64,000 nt of DNA from Rickettsiales bacterium (GTDB taxonomy: Bacteria; Pseudomonadota; Alphaproteobacteria; UBA8366), in contig PBOZ01000059.1 of assembly GCA_002724555.1 (NCBI GenBank), positions 66,414-130,413 of the forward strand. Reading direction: 5' to 3'. Below the pieces are notes generated by a model that saw only the letters and a list, made by a program, of their open reading frames with translations, did not search any database and was not told where the DNA came from. The position numbers were made by a program, and so were the translations under genes. This document shows, one piece after another, positions 1 through 9,184 of this stretch. Each line of letters opens with the position of its first letter. Positions within the stretch are counted from its first letter, which is position 1.

Positions 1-137
1 ATCTTAAGCATCGGAAGCTTTTCTTCGGTGAAATTATCTTCTCCAGGCGTATGACCTCCGTTACCTAAAGGTATCTGTTGATACCAATTAAACTGAGCAA
101 TCTGTTCGCTGTAGTTTTTGGGTTGAGTTTTGGTCAT
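1..137 (-). CDS. Hypothetical protein, N-terminal fragment cut by the window edge (possibly a class I methyltransferase)
   Basis: An ATG at 137 on the minus strand opens a frame running off the window. It translates MTKTQPKNYSEQIAQFNWYQQIPLGNGGHTPGEDNFTEEKLPMLK. The W-Y-x-x-I-x-L-x-x-G-x-x-T-P-G pattern resembles N-termini of DUF1698/CmoB-like methyltransferases. No clear SD. Confidence 0.35.
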   Translation of the reverse strand, partial: MTKTQPKNYSEQIAQFNWYQQIPLGNGGHTPGEDNFTEEKLPMLK

Positions 138-296
138 TCTGTAATGGTTTAAATTATTTTTGCGGCGGGGTAGAGATCATAAGGGAACGCCGCCAATTCC
201 TGCAAGCGCTGGACTTGACGGGAATAACCTTGCAACTTTAATAATCAGAGAATCCGGGCGGCTTGTGCTGTCAATTGACAGCTTGGGAGATGTGTT

Positions 297-845
297 ATGA
301 TTCGAGCGATGAACGTTCAAGAAGACCTGACCTCGGTTCAGGAAGTCCTGGAATTGACCACCCCACTATTTTCTGAAAGTAATCAGATCAGCGTAACCTG
401 CAGAACCGGAGCAAATAAGCCGTTAACCGATGCTATCGGCTGGCTACCCGAAGGAGCTTCGGAAGCGGATTACAGGGAAATTACGGAACCTTTTGTTGGA
501 ACTGCGGTCGAGCGGCTTCTGCAAAATCTTCCATTCATGTTTGGTCGAACGCGGCTTATGCGAATGAAGCCGAAAAGTTGCCTCTCGGTTCATGCTGACC
601 CTACTCGCCGTTATCATTATGCTATTACAACGAATCCTGGTTGTTACATAGTTGGCGTGAATGATGAAACTGGCACGTTTCACCACATACCTGCAGATGG
701 GCAACTATACGAAATGGATGCGCATAAGATGCATACGGCCATGAATTCGGGTAATCGTGATAGAGTGCATCTGGTAATTTGCCCGGCTGACCCCACGCGG
801 CCTTTAGACGCGGAACCTATTGGCCGAAAAACCACTATGCGTTAG
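297..845 (+). CDS. Aspartyl/asparaginyl beta-hydroxylase family protein (LpxO/OlsC-like cupin dioxygenase, short form)
   Basis: 182-aa ORF with a GGGAGA SD 6 nt upstream of the ATG. The motifs LSVHADP...YHYAI...GQLYEMDAHKMHTAMNSGNRDRVHLV match the H-x-D...H core and the 'fDd..H.a.N.s...Rv.L' tail of the Asp/Asn beta-hydroxylase family. Confidence 0.7.
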   Translation: MIRAMNVQEDLTSVQEVLELTTPLFSESNQISVTCRTGANKPLTDAIGWLPEGASEADYREITEPFVGTAVERLLQNLPFMFGRTRLMRMKPKSCLSVHADPTRRYHYAITTNPGCYIVGVNDETGTFHHIPADGQLYEMDAHKMHTAMNSGNRDRVHLVICPADPTRPLDAEPIGRKTTMR

Positions 846-1061
846 TGAAACCTTAACTTCATTAAGATAAAAACTGTTCGATAGAGTATAAAATTAATAC
901 TGATTATTGGAGCGGTTTTAGGAAAAATGGTAATGGATGTCATCTAAGTTGGTGTTTGTATGGATGAGCTGCTCATAATGCGCCTATATTTTGATAGGCA
1001 GCTATCCGAGCGTTCGGGATGACAAATATGATCCGGCGAATTCTGGACTGAGGGCGAGCCT

Positions 1062-2948
1062 TTGGCTGACTTGCTGACAGTTAAAGACCTGCGGGTAAGG
1101 TTTAAGGTCCATGGCGGAATAGTCGACGCCGTTAAAGGAGCGTCTTTGACTATTCGTCAAGGCTCAACGGTTGCATTGGTTGGTGAATCGGGTTCTGGAA
1201 AATCTGTCATTTCGCAATGCATCATGGGCATTCTGCCGGAAGTTGGCGAGATTGTTAGTGGCGAAATTTTGTTTGCCGACCCACAAAAGAATGGCGAGAT
1301 AGTTGATCTAGCAAAAACCTCGCAAAAAAGTCGGCAGATGCGCGGAATTCGAGGTGGTCGGATCTCAATCATATTCCAGGAGCCGATGACGTCGCTTTCT
1401 CAGCTGCACACTATCAGTGATCAGATTGGCGAAGCGCTTCATTTACATAGAAAGGTCAGCAAGGCTGAAGGGCTTCGGTTGGTTGAGGAAATACTGCGTC
1501 TGGTTGGATTTCCTGATCCAAACCGTGCCTTGCGGATGTATCCTTTCGAGCTTTCCGGCGGACTGCGTCAACGCGCTATGATTGCAATGGCGCTTGTATG
1601 TCGACCAGCTTTGTTGATTGCAGATGAGCCGACCACTGCCCTCGACGTATCAATACAAGCACAGATACTCAAACTCATTCGTGACCTTCAGAGTGAATTG
1701 GGCATGGCCGTGTTGATGATCACGCATGACCTTGGTGTCGTCGCAAATGTCGCTGAAGAAGTCGTCGTTATGTATCACGGTGAGATCATGGAGCGGGGCA
1801 CTGTTGACGATATTTTTGGGAATCCTCAGCATCCCTATTTAAGAGGCTTGATGCGGGCAGTACCACATTTTGATATGAAACCTGGCGAACGTCTGATGCC
1901 ATTGCGAGAGATCGAGCTTAGGTCCAGCTCTACAATGGCGCCGAAAGAGCCGTGGCCAAAAGATGTTGATGCGATTGGTCCACTTCTTGACGTACGTAAT
2001 CTCACCAAACGTTACACAACCCGTAAAGGTGGGTTCCTTAGCAAGGGTGAGGAGGTGTCTGTTGCGGCTGTAAATGATGTCAGTTTCCAAATTCAACGAG
2101 GTGAATGCTTTGGGCTCGTTGGGGAAAGTGGCAGCGGTAAGACCTCGATCAGTAAGCTTATAATGCGTGCTGTGACACCTGATGATGGCGAAGTTATTTA
2201 TAATGACCGGGGTAATGCCATCGATTTATTGGCGGTTGAAGGCGAAGAATTGATGGATTTTCGGCGCAAGATTCAAATGGTCTTCCAAGACCCATTTGGG
2301 TCGCTTAACCCGCGCATGACTGTCTTTGACGTAATCCGTGAGCCTCTAATAATCCATGAACTGGGTGATAGGGCGGCACAGCGTGAACTTGTGCTAGAGC
2401 TGATGCAGTTAGTTGGGCTCGACCCGCGTTTTTTAAGCCGTTATCCGCATAGTTTCTCCGGCGGACAACGGCAGCGTATTGGAATTGCTAGAGCGCTCGC
2501 TCTACGGCCAGACCTAATGATTTGTGACGAACCGGTTTCCGCACTCGACGTTTCGATTCAAGCACAGATATTGAACTTATTTAAGGATATGCAGTCAGAG
2601 TTGGGTCTAACTTATCTATTCATTTCGCACAATTTAGCGGTTGTTGATTACGTTGCGGATCGCATTGCCGTGATGTGCCGCGGCCAAATCGTAGAAGTTG
2701 CTCCCCGTGAGGCCCTCTTCAAGAATCCTGTTCATCATTACACGCGTTCGCTAATTAATGCTGTACCCTATCCGAATCTAGACCGTCAGTTGGATTTTGA
2801 CTCTTTCGGCATCGGTCGAATTTCTGACCCAACGGAGTGGCCGAAGCCTTTCGCCTTTGACGGTGATACACGCATACGAATGCATGACCTTGGTGATGAT
2901 CATTATGTGCTTGCGGTCGAAGACGCCTCTTTGGATGTTTATCAATGA
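1062..2948 (+). CDS. Peptide/opine-type ABC transporter, fused double ATP-binding protein (YejF/DppDF-like)
   Basis: 628 aa with two complete NBDs. Walker A is GESGSGKS twice. Signatures are LSGGLRQR and FSGGQRQR. Walker B is LLIADEPTTALD and LMICDEPVSALD. TTG start. Confidence 0.92.
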   Translation: MADLLTVKDLRVRFKVHGGIVDAVKGASLTIRQGSTVALVGESGSGKSVISQCIMGILPEVGEIVSGEILFADPQKNGEIVDLAKTSQKSRQMRGIRGGRISIIFQEPMTSLSQLHTISDQIGEALHLHRKVSKAEGLRLVEEILRLVGFPDPNRALRMYPFELSGGLRQRAMIAMALVCRPALLIADEPTTALDVSIQAQILKLIRDLQSELGMAVLMITHDLGVVANVAEEVVVMYHGEIMERGTVDDIFGNPQHPYLRGLMRAVPHFDMKPGERLMPLREIELRSSSTMAPKEPWPKDVDAIGPLLDVRNLTKRYTTRKGGFLSKGEEVSVAAVNDVSFQIQRGECFGLVGESGSGKTSISKLIMRAVTPDDGEVIYNDRGNAIDLLAVEGEELMDFRRKIQMVFQDPFGSLNPRMTVFDVIREPLIIHELGDRAAQRELVLELMQLVGLDPRFLSRYPHSFSGGQRQRIGIARALALRPDLMICDEPVSALDVSIQAQILNLFKDMQSELGLTYLFISHNLAVVDYVADRIAVMCRGQIVEVAPREALFKNPVHHYTRSLINAVPYPNLDRQLDFDSFGIGRISDPTEWPKPFAFDGDTRIRMHDLGDDHYVLAVEDASLDVYQ

Positions 2949-4885
2949 GAAGTTTCTCCATACCGTTTGCTGCAGTTTTGTTTGGCGTGACGTTAGTCAA
3001 CTTTCCGTCTGCCAGTTTTGCAGCATCGGTATCGACTTTGTTAGAAGTGCCGTATCTTAGAGCTGCGATTAAAAGGGGTGATGTCCCGCCGATCGCCAAG
3101 CGTGTTCCCGAGGAAGTCGACGTTTTTGATATGAAAGTGTGGGGCAAGGTGCCTGGCAAGTATGGTGGTCGACTAAAACTCCTGATGGGAAAGCAAAAAG
3201 ATACCAAGATGATTATGGTCTATGGCTATGCGCGGCTCATTGGCTATGATCACAAACTGAACTTTGTCCCTGACATTTTGAAAGATTTTGAAGTTAAGGA
3301 ACAACGCCAGTTCACATTTTATCTCAGGAAGGGCCATAAATGGTCGGATGGGCATCCTTTTACGGCCGAAGACTTCCGCTATTATTGGGAGGAAATGGCA
3401 AACAATGCGGATATTGCACGAAATGGCCTTCCAGCAGCACTCTTAGTCAATGGGAAGAGGCCTATTTTTGAGGTTATTGACGATACGACGGTTCGCTACA
3501 CTTGGGCTGAACCAAACCCTAACTTCATTCCGTGGATCGCACGTCCGCGGCCACTCCTGCTGTATCGTCCTGCTCACTATCTGAGACAATTCCACGGGAA
3601 TTACAGCGATGCTAACAAACTGAATGCACTAGCCCGCAAAGAGAATAAGCAAAATTGGGGGCAGTTGCACGGCGACCGTGACCGTTGGTACAGGATGGAC
3701 AATCCGGATCGCCCAACTTTGCAACCGTGGTACAATTCAGTGAAGCCGCCGTCTGAACGCTTTGTGTTCAAGCGAAACCCTTATTATCATCGGGTCGATA
3801 AGAAGGGACGCCAACTGCCCTATATTAACGAAGTTGTGATCAATCTGGGCGCCACGAGTATGGTGCCGGCTCGCACTGGATCGGGAGAGGCCGACCTGCA
3901 GGCTCGTTATTTGCGGTTCGACCATTTTACCTTCTTAAAGGAAAGTGAGAGCCGTTATAACTTTTCAGTACGGCTCTGGCGGAAGGCGCGGGGATCACAG
4001 ATTGCCCTCTTTCCAAACATGAACGCAAAAGACAAAGTCTGGCGCAAGTTGCTACAAGATGTCCGGTTTCGACGCGCATTATCGATTGGTATTAACCGTC
4101 CTGAAATAAATCAAGTGATCTACTACGGGTTGGCTAAGGAAAGTCAGAATACTGTGTTGGAAGAGAGCCCGCTTTACAAAGACGGATATCGGACTGCTTG
4201 GACAACATTCGACCTGGGGACTGCAAATAAATTACTCGATCAAGTGGGCCTGACTTCTCGAAATGATGAGGGAATTCGTCTTTTGCCTGATGGACGCCTC
4301 GCCGTTATAACGATTGAAACAGCGGGCGAAAGTACGGAACAGACAGATGTTCTGGAACTCGTTCGCGATTCATGGCGTCAGATCGGTATTCAGCTTTTAA
4401 CAAAACCTACACAGCGTGAGGTTTTTCGTCGCCGCATTTATTCTGGCGACACGATTATGTCCGTTTGGTCAGGCGTCTCCAACGGTATCCCGACATCTTT
4501 GATGAGCCCGCAGGAATTTACACCTTCCAGTAAGTTGCAGTTTCAGTGGCCGCATTGGGGACATTACAAACAGTCGGGCGGTAAGTCTGGCGCTGCGCCG
4601 ACACTTACATCTGTTCGCAAATTGATGGATTTGAATGAGGCTTGGTTTCGTGCGACCGATGCTGGAAAGAAATTAGAAATTTGGCATAAAATCCTTAAGA
4701 ATCATGCCGACAACGTGTATGTCATCGGAATAGTGAATTCGACGAAGCAACCAATCGTGATTAATAAAAATTTGCGTAATATTCCGAATGAAGGTGTCTA
4801 CAATTGGCATCCCGGTGCCTATTTTGGAATTTACCGGCCCGCAACTTTCTGGTTTGCGGCAGATAGTGCCGGCAAGAATGATTAG
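2945..4885 (+). CDS. ABC transporter substrate-binding protein, family 5 (peptide/nickel, YejA-like)
   Basis: 646 aa with an N-terminal signal peptide (MRSFSIPFAAVLFGVTLVNFPSASFA). Large SBP_bac_5-like body. ATGA overlap with the upstream ATPase stop. Confidence 0.88.
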   Translation: MRSFSIPFAAVLFGVTLVNFPSASFAASVSTLLEVPYLRAAIKRGDVPPIAKRVPEEVDVFDMKVWGKVPGKYGGRLKLLMGKQKDTKMIMVYGYARLIGYDHKLNFVPDILKDFEVKEQRQFTFYLRKGHKWSDGHPFTAEDFRYYWEEMANNADIARNGLPAALLVNGKRPIFEVIDDTTVRYTWAEPNPNFIPWIARPRPLLLYRPAHYLRQFHGNYSDANKLNALARKENKQNWGQLHGDRDRWYRMDNPDRPTLQPWYNSVKPPSERFVFKRNPYYHRVDKKGRQLPYINEVVINLGATSMVPARTGSGEADLQARYLRFDHFTFLKESESRYNFSVRLWRKARGSQIALFPNMNAKDKVWRKLLQDVRFRRALSIGINRPEINQVIYYGLAKESQNTVLEESPLYKDGYRTAWTTFDLGTANKLLDQVGLTSRNDEGIRLLPDGRLAVITIETAGESTEQTDVLELVRDSWRQIGIQLLTKPTQREVFRRRIYSGDTIMSVWSGVSNGIPTSLMSPQEFTPSSKLQFQWPHWGHYKQSGGKSGAAPTLTSVRKLMDLNEAWFRATDAGKKLEIWHKILKNHADNVYVIGIVNSTKQPIVINKNLRNIPNEGVYNWHPGAYFGIYRPATFWFAADSAGKND

Positions 4886-4908
4886 GGTCATAGGGAAAGA
4901 ATAGATCG

Positions 4909-5907
4909 ATGCTCGAATACCTCGTGCGCCGCATTCTCATCATGATCCCAACCTTGTTGGCAATCAGTCTGATTGTGTTTCTGATCATTGAGCTACCGCC
5001 GGGCGACTACCTGGAAAGCTATATTTCCGAACTGCAGGCGCAGGGAGAGGAAGTCGACCAAAAGCATATTGAATTCCTTCGCGAGCAGTATGGCTTTGAT
5101 AGGCCGGTTATGCTTCGGTATTGGGAATGGATTACTGGCATGATAGTCGGCGATTTTGGTTACTCCTTCGAGTACCGATTACCGGTCTCTGAGGTAGTCG
5201 GTGACCGATTATTCCTGACAATTTTGGTTTCTATAGTAACGATCATCTTTACCTGGATCATTGCCTTCCCAATTGGCCTCTATTCTGCCACACATCAATA
5301 CAGTTGGGGTGATTACGGGCTTACATTCATCGGGCTTCTTGGCCTCGCGACGCCCAACTTTCTGTTGGCCCTGATTATGCTTTATTTTGCCAATGTCGTA
5401 TTTGGGACCTCAATTGGCGGACTAATGGATCCTGAATATTTGGATCAGCCATGGAGCTGGGATAAGGCCGTTTCGGTACTTGAGCACCTTTGGATCCCTG
5501 TGGTTGTGATTGGCACCTCTGGGACGGCCGGCATGATCCGGCGACTCCGTGCCAATATGCTTGACGAACTGCAAAAACAATACGTCACGACGGCGCGGGC
5601 CAAGGGCCTACCACCTTTGCGTCTGTTGCTGAAATATCCACTACGTAACGCCATCAACTTTTTTATTGCCGATATCGGAAGTCTCTTGCCTAATATCATT
5701 TCCGGCGCTGAGCTTGTGGCCGTCGTTCTATCCCTGCCGACGACCGGGCCCGTATTAATTGCGGCGTTACAGAGCCAGGATATGTATCTCGCTGGCTCTT
5801 TCTTGATGTTCTTAGCATCTTTGACTGTGATTGGAGTGCTTATCTCAGACATTCTGCTCGGGTGGCTTGATCCGCGCATCCGTCTCGCAGGGGGGGCTGA
5901 GAAATGA
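4909..5907 (+). CDS. ABC transporter permease (DppB/YejB-like)
   Basis: 332 aa and multi-TM. N-terminus MLEYLVRRILIMIPTLLAISLIVFLII and the motif YVTTARAKGL are typical of BPD_transp_1 peptide permeases. Confidence 0.9.
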   Translation: MLEYLVRRILIMIPTLLAISLIVFLIIELPPGDYLESYISELQAQGEEVDQKHIEFLREQYGFDRPVMLRYWEWITGMIVGDFGYSFEYRLPVSEVVGDRLFLTILVSIVTIIFTWIIAFPIGLYSATHQYSWGDYGLTFIGLLGLATPNFLLALIMLYFANVVFGTSIGGLMDPEYLDQPWSWDKAVSVLEHLWIPVVVIGTSGTAGMIRRLRANMLDELQKQYVTTARAKGLPPLRLLLKYPLRNAINFFIADIGSLLPNIISGAELVAVVLSLPTTGPVLIAALQSQDMYLAGSFLMFLASLTVIGVLISDILLGWLDPRIRLAGGAEK

Positions 5908-7076
5908 GCGTTGTTAACGACGGTGGCCGTAAGCTCGAGCATTATGTCTCTGAGGCTTCGTTTGATCCGCATTCTGTGGAGGCCCTGACGCCGGAACAGG
6001 AACGCTATTACATGGCGTCACAATGGCAGTTAATGTGGTGGAAATTCATCCGTCATCGACTGGCATTGATATCTGGTGGCTTTCTGCTTCTGATGTATGG
6101 ATCAATTCTAATTAGTGAATTTTTAGCCCCTTATAATCTGCATACTCGGAACATCAATGCGATCTTTGCACCGCCCCAATCGGTAAATTTTTTTCATGAA
6201 GGTGAATTCAAAGGGCCGTTCGTTTATGGCACTCATTATCGGCTTAATCTCACGAATTTACGGAGGGAATATACGGAAGACACGTCTAAGGTTTTTAAGA
6301 TTAACTTCTTTTGTCGGGGTGATGAGTATAATTTTTGGGGTCTGACGACAGGTAGTTTGCATCTCTTTTGTGCCGAAAAAGGCGGTACACTTTTTCTTCT
6401 CGGTACTGACCGTCTCGGGCGCGACATTCTGTCCCGCATCATGTATGGGGCACGAATTTCGCTCACAATTGGACTGATTGGAATTGTGATGAGCTTCGTC
6501 CTTGGCATGGTAATTGGTGGTATTGCGGGTTATTACGGTGGCATTATCGACTTAGTTGTCCAACGAATGATTGAGATACTGCAATCTTTCCCCCAAATTC
6601 CGCTATGGATGGCGTTGTCCGCTGTTTTGCCCGTGACCTGGAGCCCGCTGCTGATCTATTTTGGGATCACCGTAATCTTAGCAATGCTGGATTGGACAGG
6701 TTTGGCCCGTGCCGTTCGTTCAAAACTCTTAGCGCTGCGTGAAGAGGATTATTGCCTTGCCGCACAACTAATGGGGGCCAAACCGAAGCGGATTATCGGC
6801 CGTCACTTGATGCCGGGATTTATGAGCCATCTGATAGCGTCTGCCACACTTTCAATCCCGACGATGATACTTGGAGAGACGGCTTTGTCCTTTCTTGGTC
6901 TTGGACTGCGTCCACCAATTACGAGCTGGGGAGTGTTGTTGAACGAAGCACAGAACATCAGTGTTGTAGCGCTATATCCGTGGCTTATTTTACCGGTCGT
7001 TCCGGTGGTGTTGGTAATCTTAGCGTTTAGTTTTTTAGGAGACGGTCTGCGTGATGCGGCGGATCCATATAAATAG
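5904..7076 (+). CDS. ABC transporter permease (DppC/YejE-like)
   Basis: 390 aa. ATGA overlap with the upstream permease. Carries LGTDRLGRDILSRIMYGARISL and the EAA-like segment YCLAAQLMGAKPKRIIGRHLMP. Confidence 0.9.
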   Translation: MSVVNDGGRKLEHYVSEASFDPHSVEALTPEQERYYMASQWQLMWWKFIRHRLALISGGFLLLMYGSILISEFLAPYNLHTRNINAIFAPPQSVNFFHEGEFKGPFVYGTHYRLNLTNLRREYTEDTSKVFKINFFCRGDEYNFWGLTTGSLHLFCAEKGGTLFLLGTDRLGRDILSRIMYGARISLTIGLIGIVMSFVLGMVIGGIAGYYGGIIDLVVQRMIEILQSFPQIPLWMALSAVLPVTWSPLLIYFGITVILAMLDWTGLARAVRSKLLALREEDYCLAAQLMGAKPKRIIGRHLMPGFMSHLIASATLSIPTMILGETALSFLGLGLRPPITSWGVLLNEAQNISVVALYPWLILPVVPVVLVILAFSFLGDGLRDAADPYK

Positions 7077-7787
7077 TCAGAGCGCAGAGGTATAACGCTC
7101 AAATTTCCGGGTACAGATGTCCTTCAACTGTGCTGGCATGTAGGAATAGTACCGGCCTTTCTGCGATTGCGACGTTGAAGTAAAGCATCCATTGTTTTTA
7201 AAATCACTGAGCGCGTTGATCGCTATGTCTATGGTCAATTCGGTTGCCGACCGTCGAAGATGGGATAAAGGCATACCGCGTTGAAGTGGAACTGGCCGGC
7301 GGTCGATAATACCGCCTGCATCAAGTTCCGGTTCAACTCTGTGCATCGTCATGCGCAAGGCGTTGAAGTCGCCGTGGAATAAAGGCCAGAGGTGGCAGTC
7401 GAGGCCGCGGTAAGCCTCAGGATCGCCGTTATGAAAATTGGCGCTTCCATCTGGGCATTGGTCTAAAACTGCCTTGGAAAGGCGCCCCGTCCCGTAAACC
7501 AGCAAGACATCAGGTTTCAAGCTTCGCAACACCGTAATGGCTTCTGGATCGTTTAGATTTTCGAATGATTTAACCTTTGCTATTGCATCGAATGCGGGAG
7601 CGTTTCCATCGTACCAATGATCTCGTTCATGGGCCATACGTGCCTCATCGAGTGGATGGGCTGTTGGATATGGTGGTGGTGGATCACGCGATTCGATTAG
7701 AACCTGAGCGATTTGAAACTGCTCCTGAATTTTTTCAACGAAATAGCGTCGTCGAACAGCGCCTGTTGTGAGGACAACGATCTGCAT
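7077..7787 (-). CDS. Formyltransferase-like protein (Formyl_trans_N fold only)
   Basis: 236 aa. PDVLLVYGTGRLSKAVLD...ANFHNGDPEAYRGLDCHLWPLFHG...MHRVEPELDAGGII mirrors the Fmt/PurN/ArnA N-domain pattern (N-x-H...RG...D-x-G). There is no C-terminal Fmt domain. Its stop abuts the stop of the convergent permease gene (7076/7077). Confidence 0.6.
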   Translation of the reverse strand: MQIVVLTTGAVRRRYFVEKIQEQFQIAQVLIESRDPPPPYPTAHPLDEARMAHERDHWYDGNAPAFDAIAKVKSFENLNDPEAITVLRSLKPDVLLVYGTGRLSKAVLDQCPDGSANFHNGDPEAYRGLDCHLWPLFHGDFNALRMTMHRVEPELDAGGIIDRRPVPLQRGMPLSHLRRSATELTIDIAINALSDFKNNGCFTSTSQSQKGRYYSYMPAQLKDICTRKFERYTSAL

Positions 7788-7918
7788 TAATTAAAATTAG
7801 TTTGACGGGCCATACGGAGATGTCGTGCATATTTTGTTACCGATCTTTCTATAGATATGGCATATGGTTAACAAATTCATACGGTGTGCAGAAAAATCGT
7901 ATTCTGCCACTTTGTTTT

Positions 7919-7928
7919 GGGGGGGGGG
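7919..7928. repeat. G10 homopolymeric tract in a divergent promoter region
   Basis: Ten consecutive G at 7919-7928, read directly. It lies 26 nt upstream of the ATG at 7955, between a TTGTTT (7912-7917) and a TATTTT (7934-7939) hexamer. Confidence 0.95.
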
Positions 7929-7954
7929 ACAATTATTTTTGATCCAGGTGTCAC

Positions 7955-9175
7955 ATGACTGATCGCATGGACGGCGTCAGAGTGTTGATTTATAGCCATG
8001 ATACGTTCGGGCTGGGGCATTTGCGGCGTTGCCGTACGATTGCGCATGCATTAGTGGAAAAATACAAGGGGTTATCCGTCTTAATTCTGTCGGGCTCACC
8101 AATTATCGGCAGTTTTGACTTCCGTGCCCGTGTTGACTTTGTGCGCATTCCTGGCGTGATTAAGCTTTATAATGGTGAATATACGTCGCTTGGCCTTCAT
8201 CTCGACCTGTCGCAGACGATGGCGATCCGTGCATCGATCATTCGGCACACTGCGGAAATGTTCGCGCCTGACCTATTCATCGTGGATAAGGAACCTCTAG
8301 GGCTGCGCGGCGAGCTGCAGGAAACACTATCGATAATGAAATCCCAAGGGACGGCCTTGGTCTTGGGATTGCGTGATATAATGGACGAACCGATATTGTT
8401 GCGCCGTGAATGGAAATCGAGGAACCTCCTGCCAATTTTGGAAGGCGTATACGACGAAATATGGGTATATGGTCATCACAAGTTTTGGGACCCTTTAGCA
8501 GAAATGGACGTTCCTGCTTCTGTCCGCGAGAAAATGACTTACACGGGATATCTTCGGCGCACTGTTCCGAAAGATACAAAATTGCCACCTGCAATTAATT
8601 TAGACCAACCTTATCTTTTGGTTACGGCTGGAGGCGGTGGTGACGGCGACCAGATGATGGATTGGGTCTTGCGTGCCTATGAGTTGGGGACCGAGCTCAT
8701 GCGCGCAGTGCTGGTGCTTGGCCCATTTATGCGGTCAGAAATGCAGACCGAAGTGCGCGATAGGGCGTCACAACTTAGCCGTGTCGAAGTTCTTACCTTC
8801 GAGACACATCTCGAGTTGATGATGGAGAAGGCTGCGGGTGTCGTTGCGATGGGCGGCTACAACACATTTTGTGAAATTCTATCGCTTGACAAACCGGCGT
8901 TGATTATGCCGCGGGTCGCGCCACGGAAGGAACAATTGGTGCGTGCGGAGCGGGCAGCTGAAATGGGCATCGCTCGTATGTTCGATCCATCGTCGCCGGG
9001 CAGTTCCCTCGAGGCTTTTGTCGAGGCACTCAAGAACCTACCCAAACAACCTAAACCGTCGAGAGTAATGCTCCCGGGTTTCATGGACGGTATCGAAAAA
9101 GTTGGAGAGTTAGCGGGAACACATTTCCATTCCCGTATTGATGATGGCCTGTCACTTGTTGAAACGGGTGGGTAG
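7955..9175 (+). CDS. Glycosyltransferase, GT28 C-terminal-domain / COG4671-like (MurG-fold)
   Basis: 406 aa with an AGGTG SD. N-terminus is VLIYSHDTFGLGHLRRCRTIAHAL, the glycine loop is LLVTAGGGGDGDQM, and the C-terminus is MGGYNTFCEILSLDKPALIMPR. This is the typical GT-B MurG-like layout. Confidence 0.75.
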   Translation: MTDRMDGVRVLIYSHDTFGLGHLRRCRTIAHALVEKYKGLSVLILSGSPIIGSFDFRARVDFVRIPGVIKLYNGEYTSLGLHLDLSQTMAIRASIIRHTAEMFAPDLFIVDKEPLGLRGELQETLSIMKSQGTALVLGLRDIMDEPILLRREWKSRNLLPILEGVYDEIWVYGHHKFWDPLAEMDVPASVREKMTYTGYLRRTVPKDTKLPPAINLDQPYLLVTAGGGGDGDQMMDWVLRAYELGTELMRAVLVLGPFMRSEMQTEVRDRASQLSRVEVLTFETHLELMMEKAAGVVAMGGYNTFCEILSLDKPALIMPRVAPRKEQLVRAERAAEMGIARMFDPSSPGSSLEAFVEALKNLPKQPKPSRVMLPGFMDGIEKVGELAGTHFHSRIDDGLSLVETGG

Positions 9176-9184
9176 GGTAGCCTC

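Noticed and set aside
5889-5895. G7 run at the 3' end of the first permease gene as a phase-variation tract.
   Set aside because: It affects only the last five codons. It is more simply explained as the SD (GGGGG) for the overlapping downstream permease start at 5904.
5445-5972. 175-aa minus-strand ORF. Similar long antisense ORFs occur at 17779-18303 (+), 30913-31407 (-), 49373-50155 (-), 58375-59010 (-) and 61774-62379 (+).
   Set aside because: Each lies entirely opposite a confidently identified gene (permease, ior, ABC1 kinase, EamA transporter, esterase, crotonase). Their compositions are Arg/Ser/Pro-rich and low in complexity, as expected for antisense frames, and none has a recognisable motif or SD.
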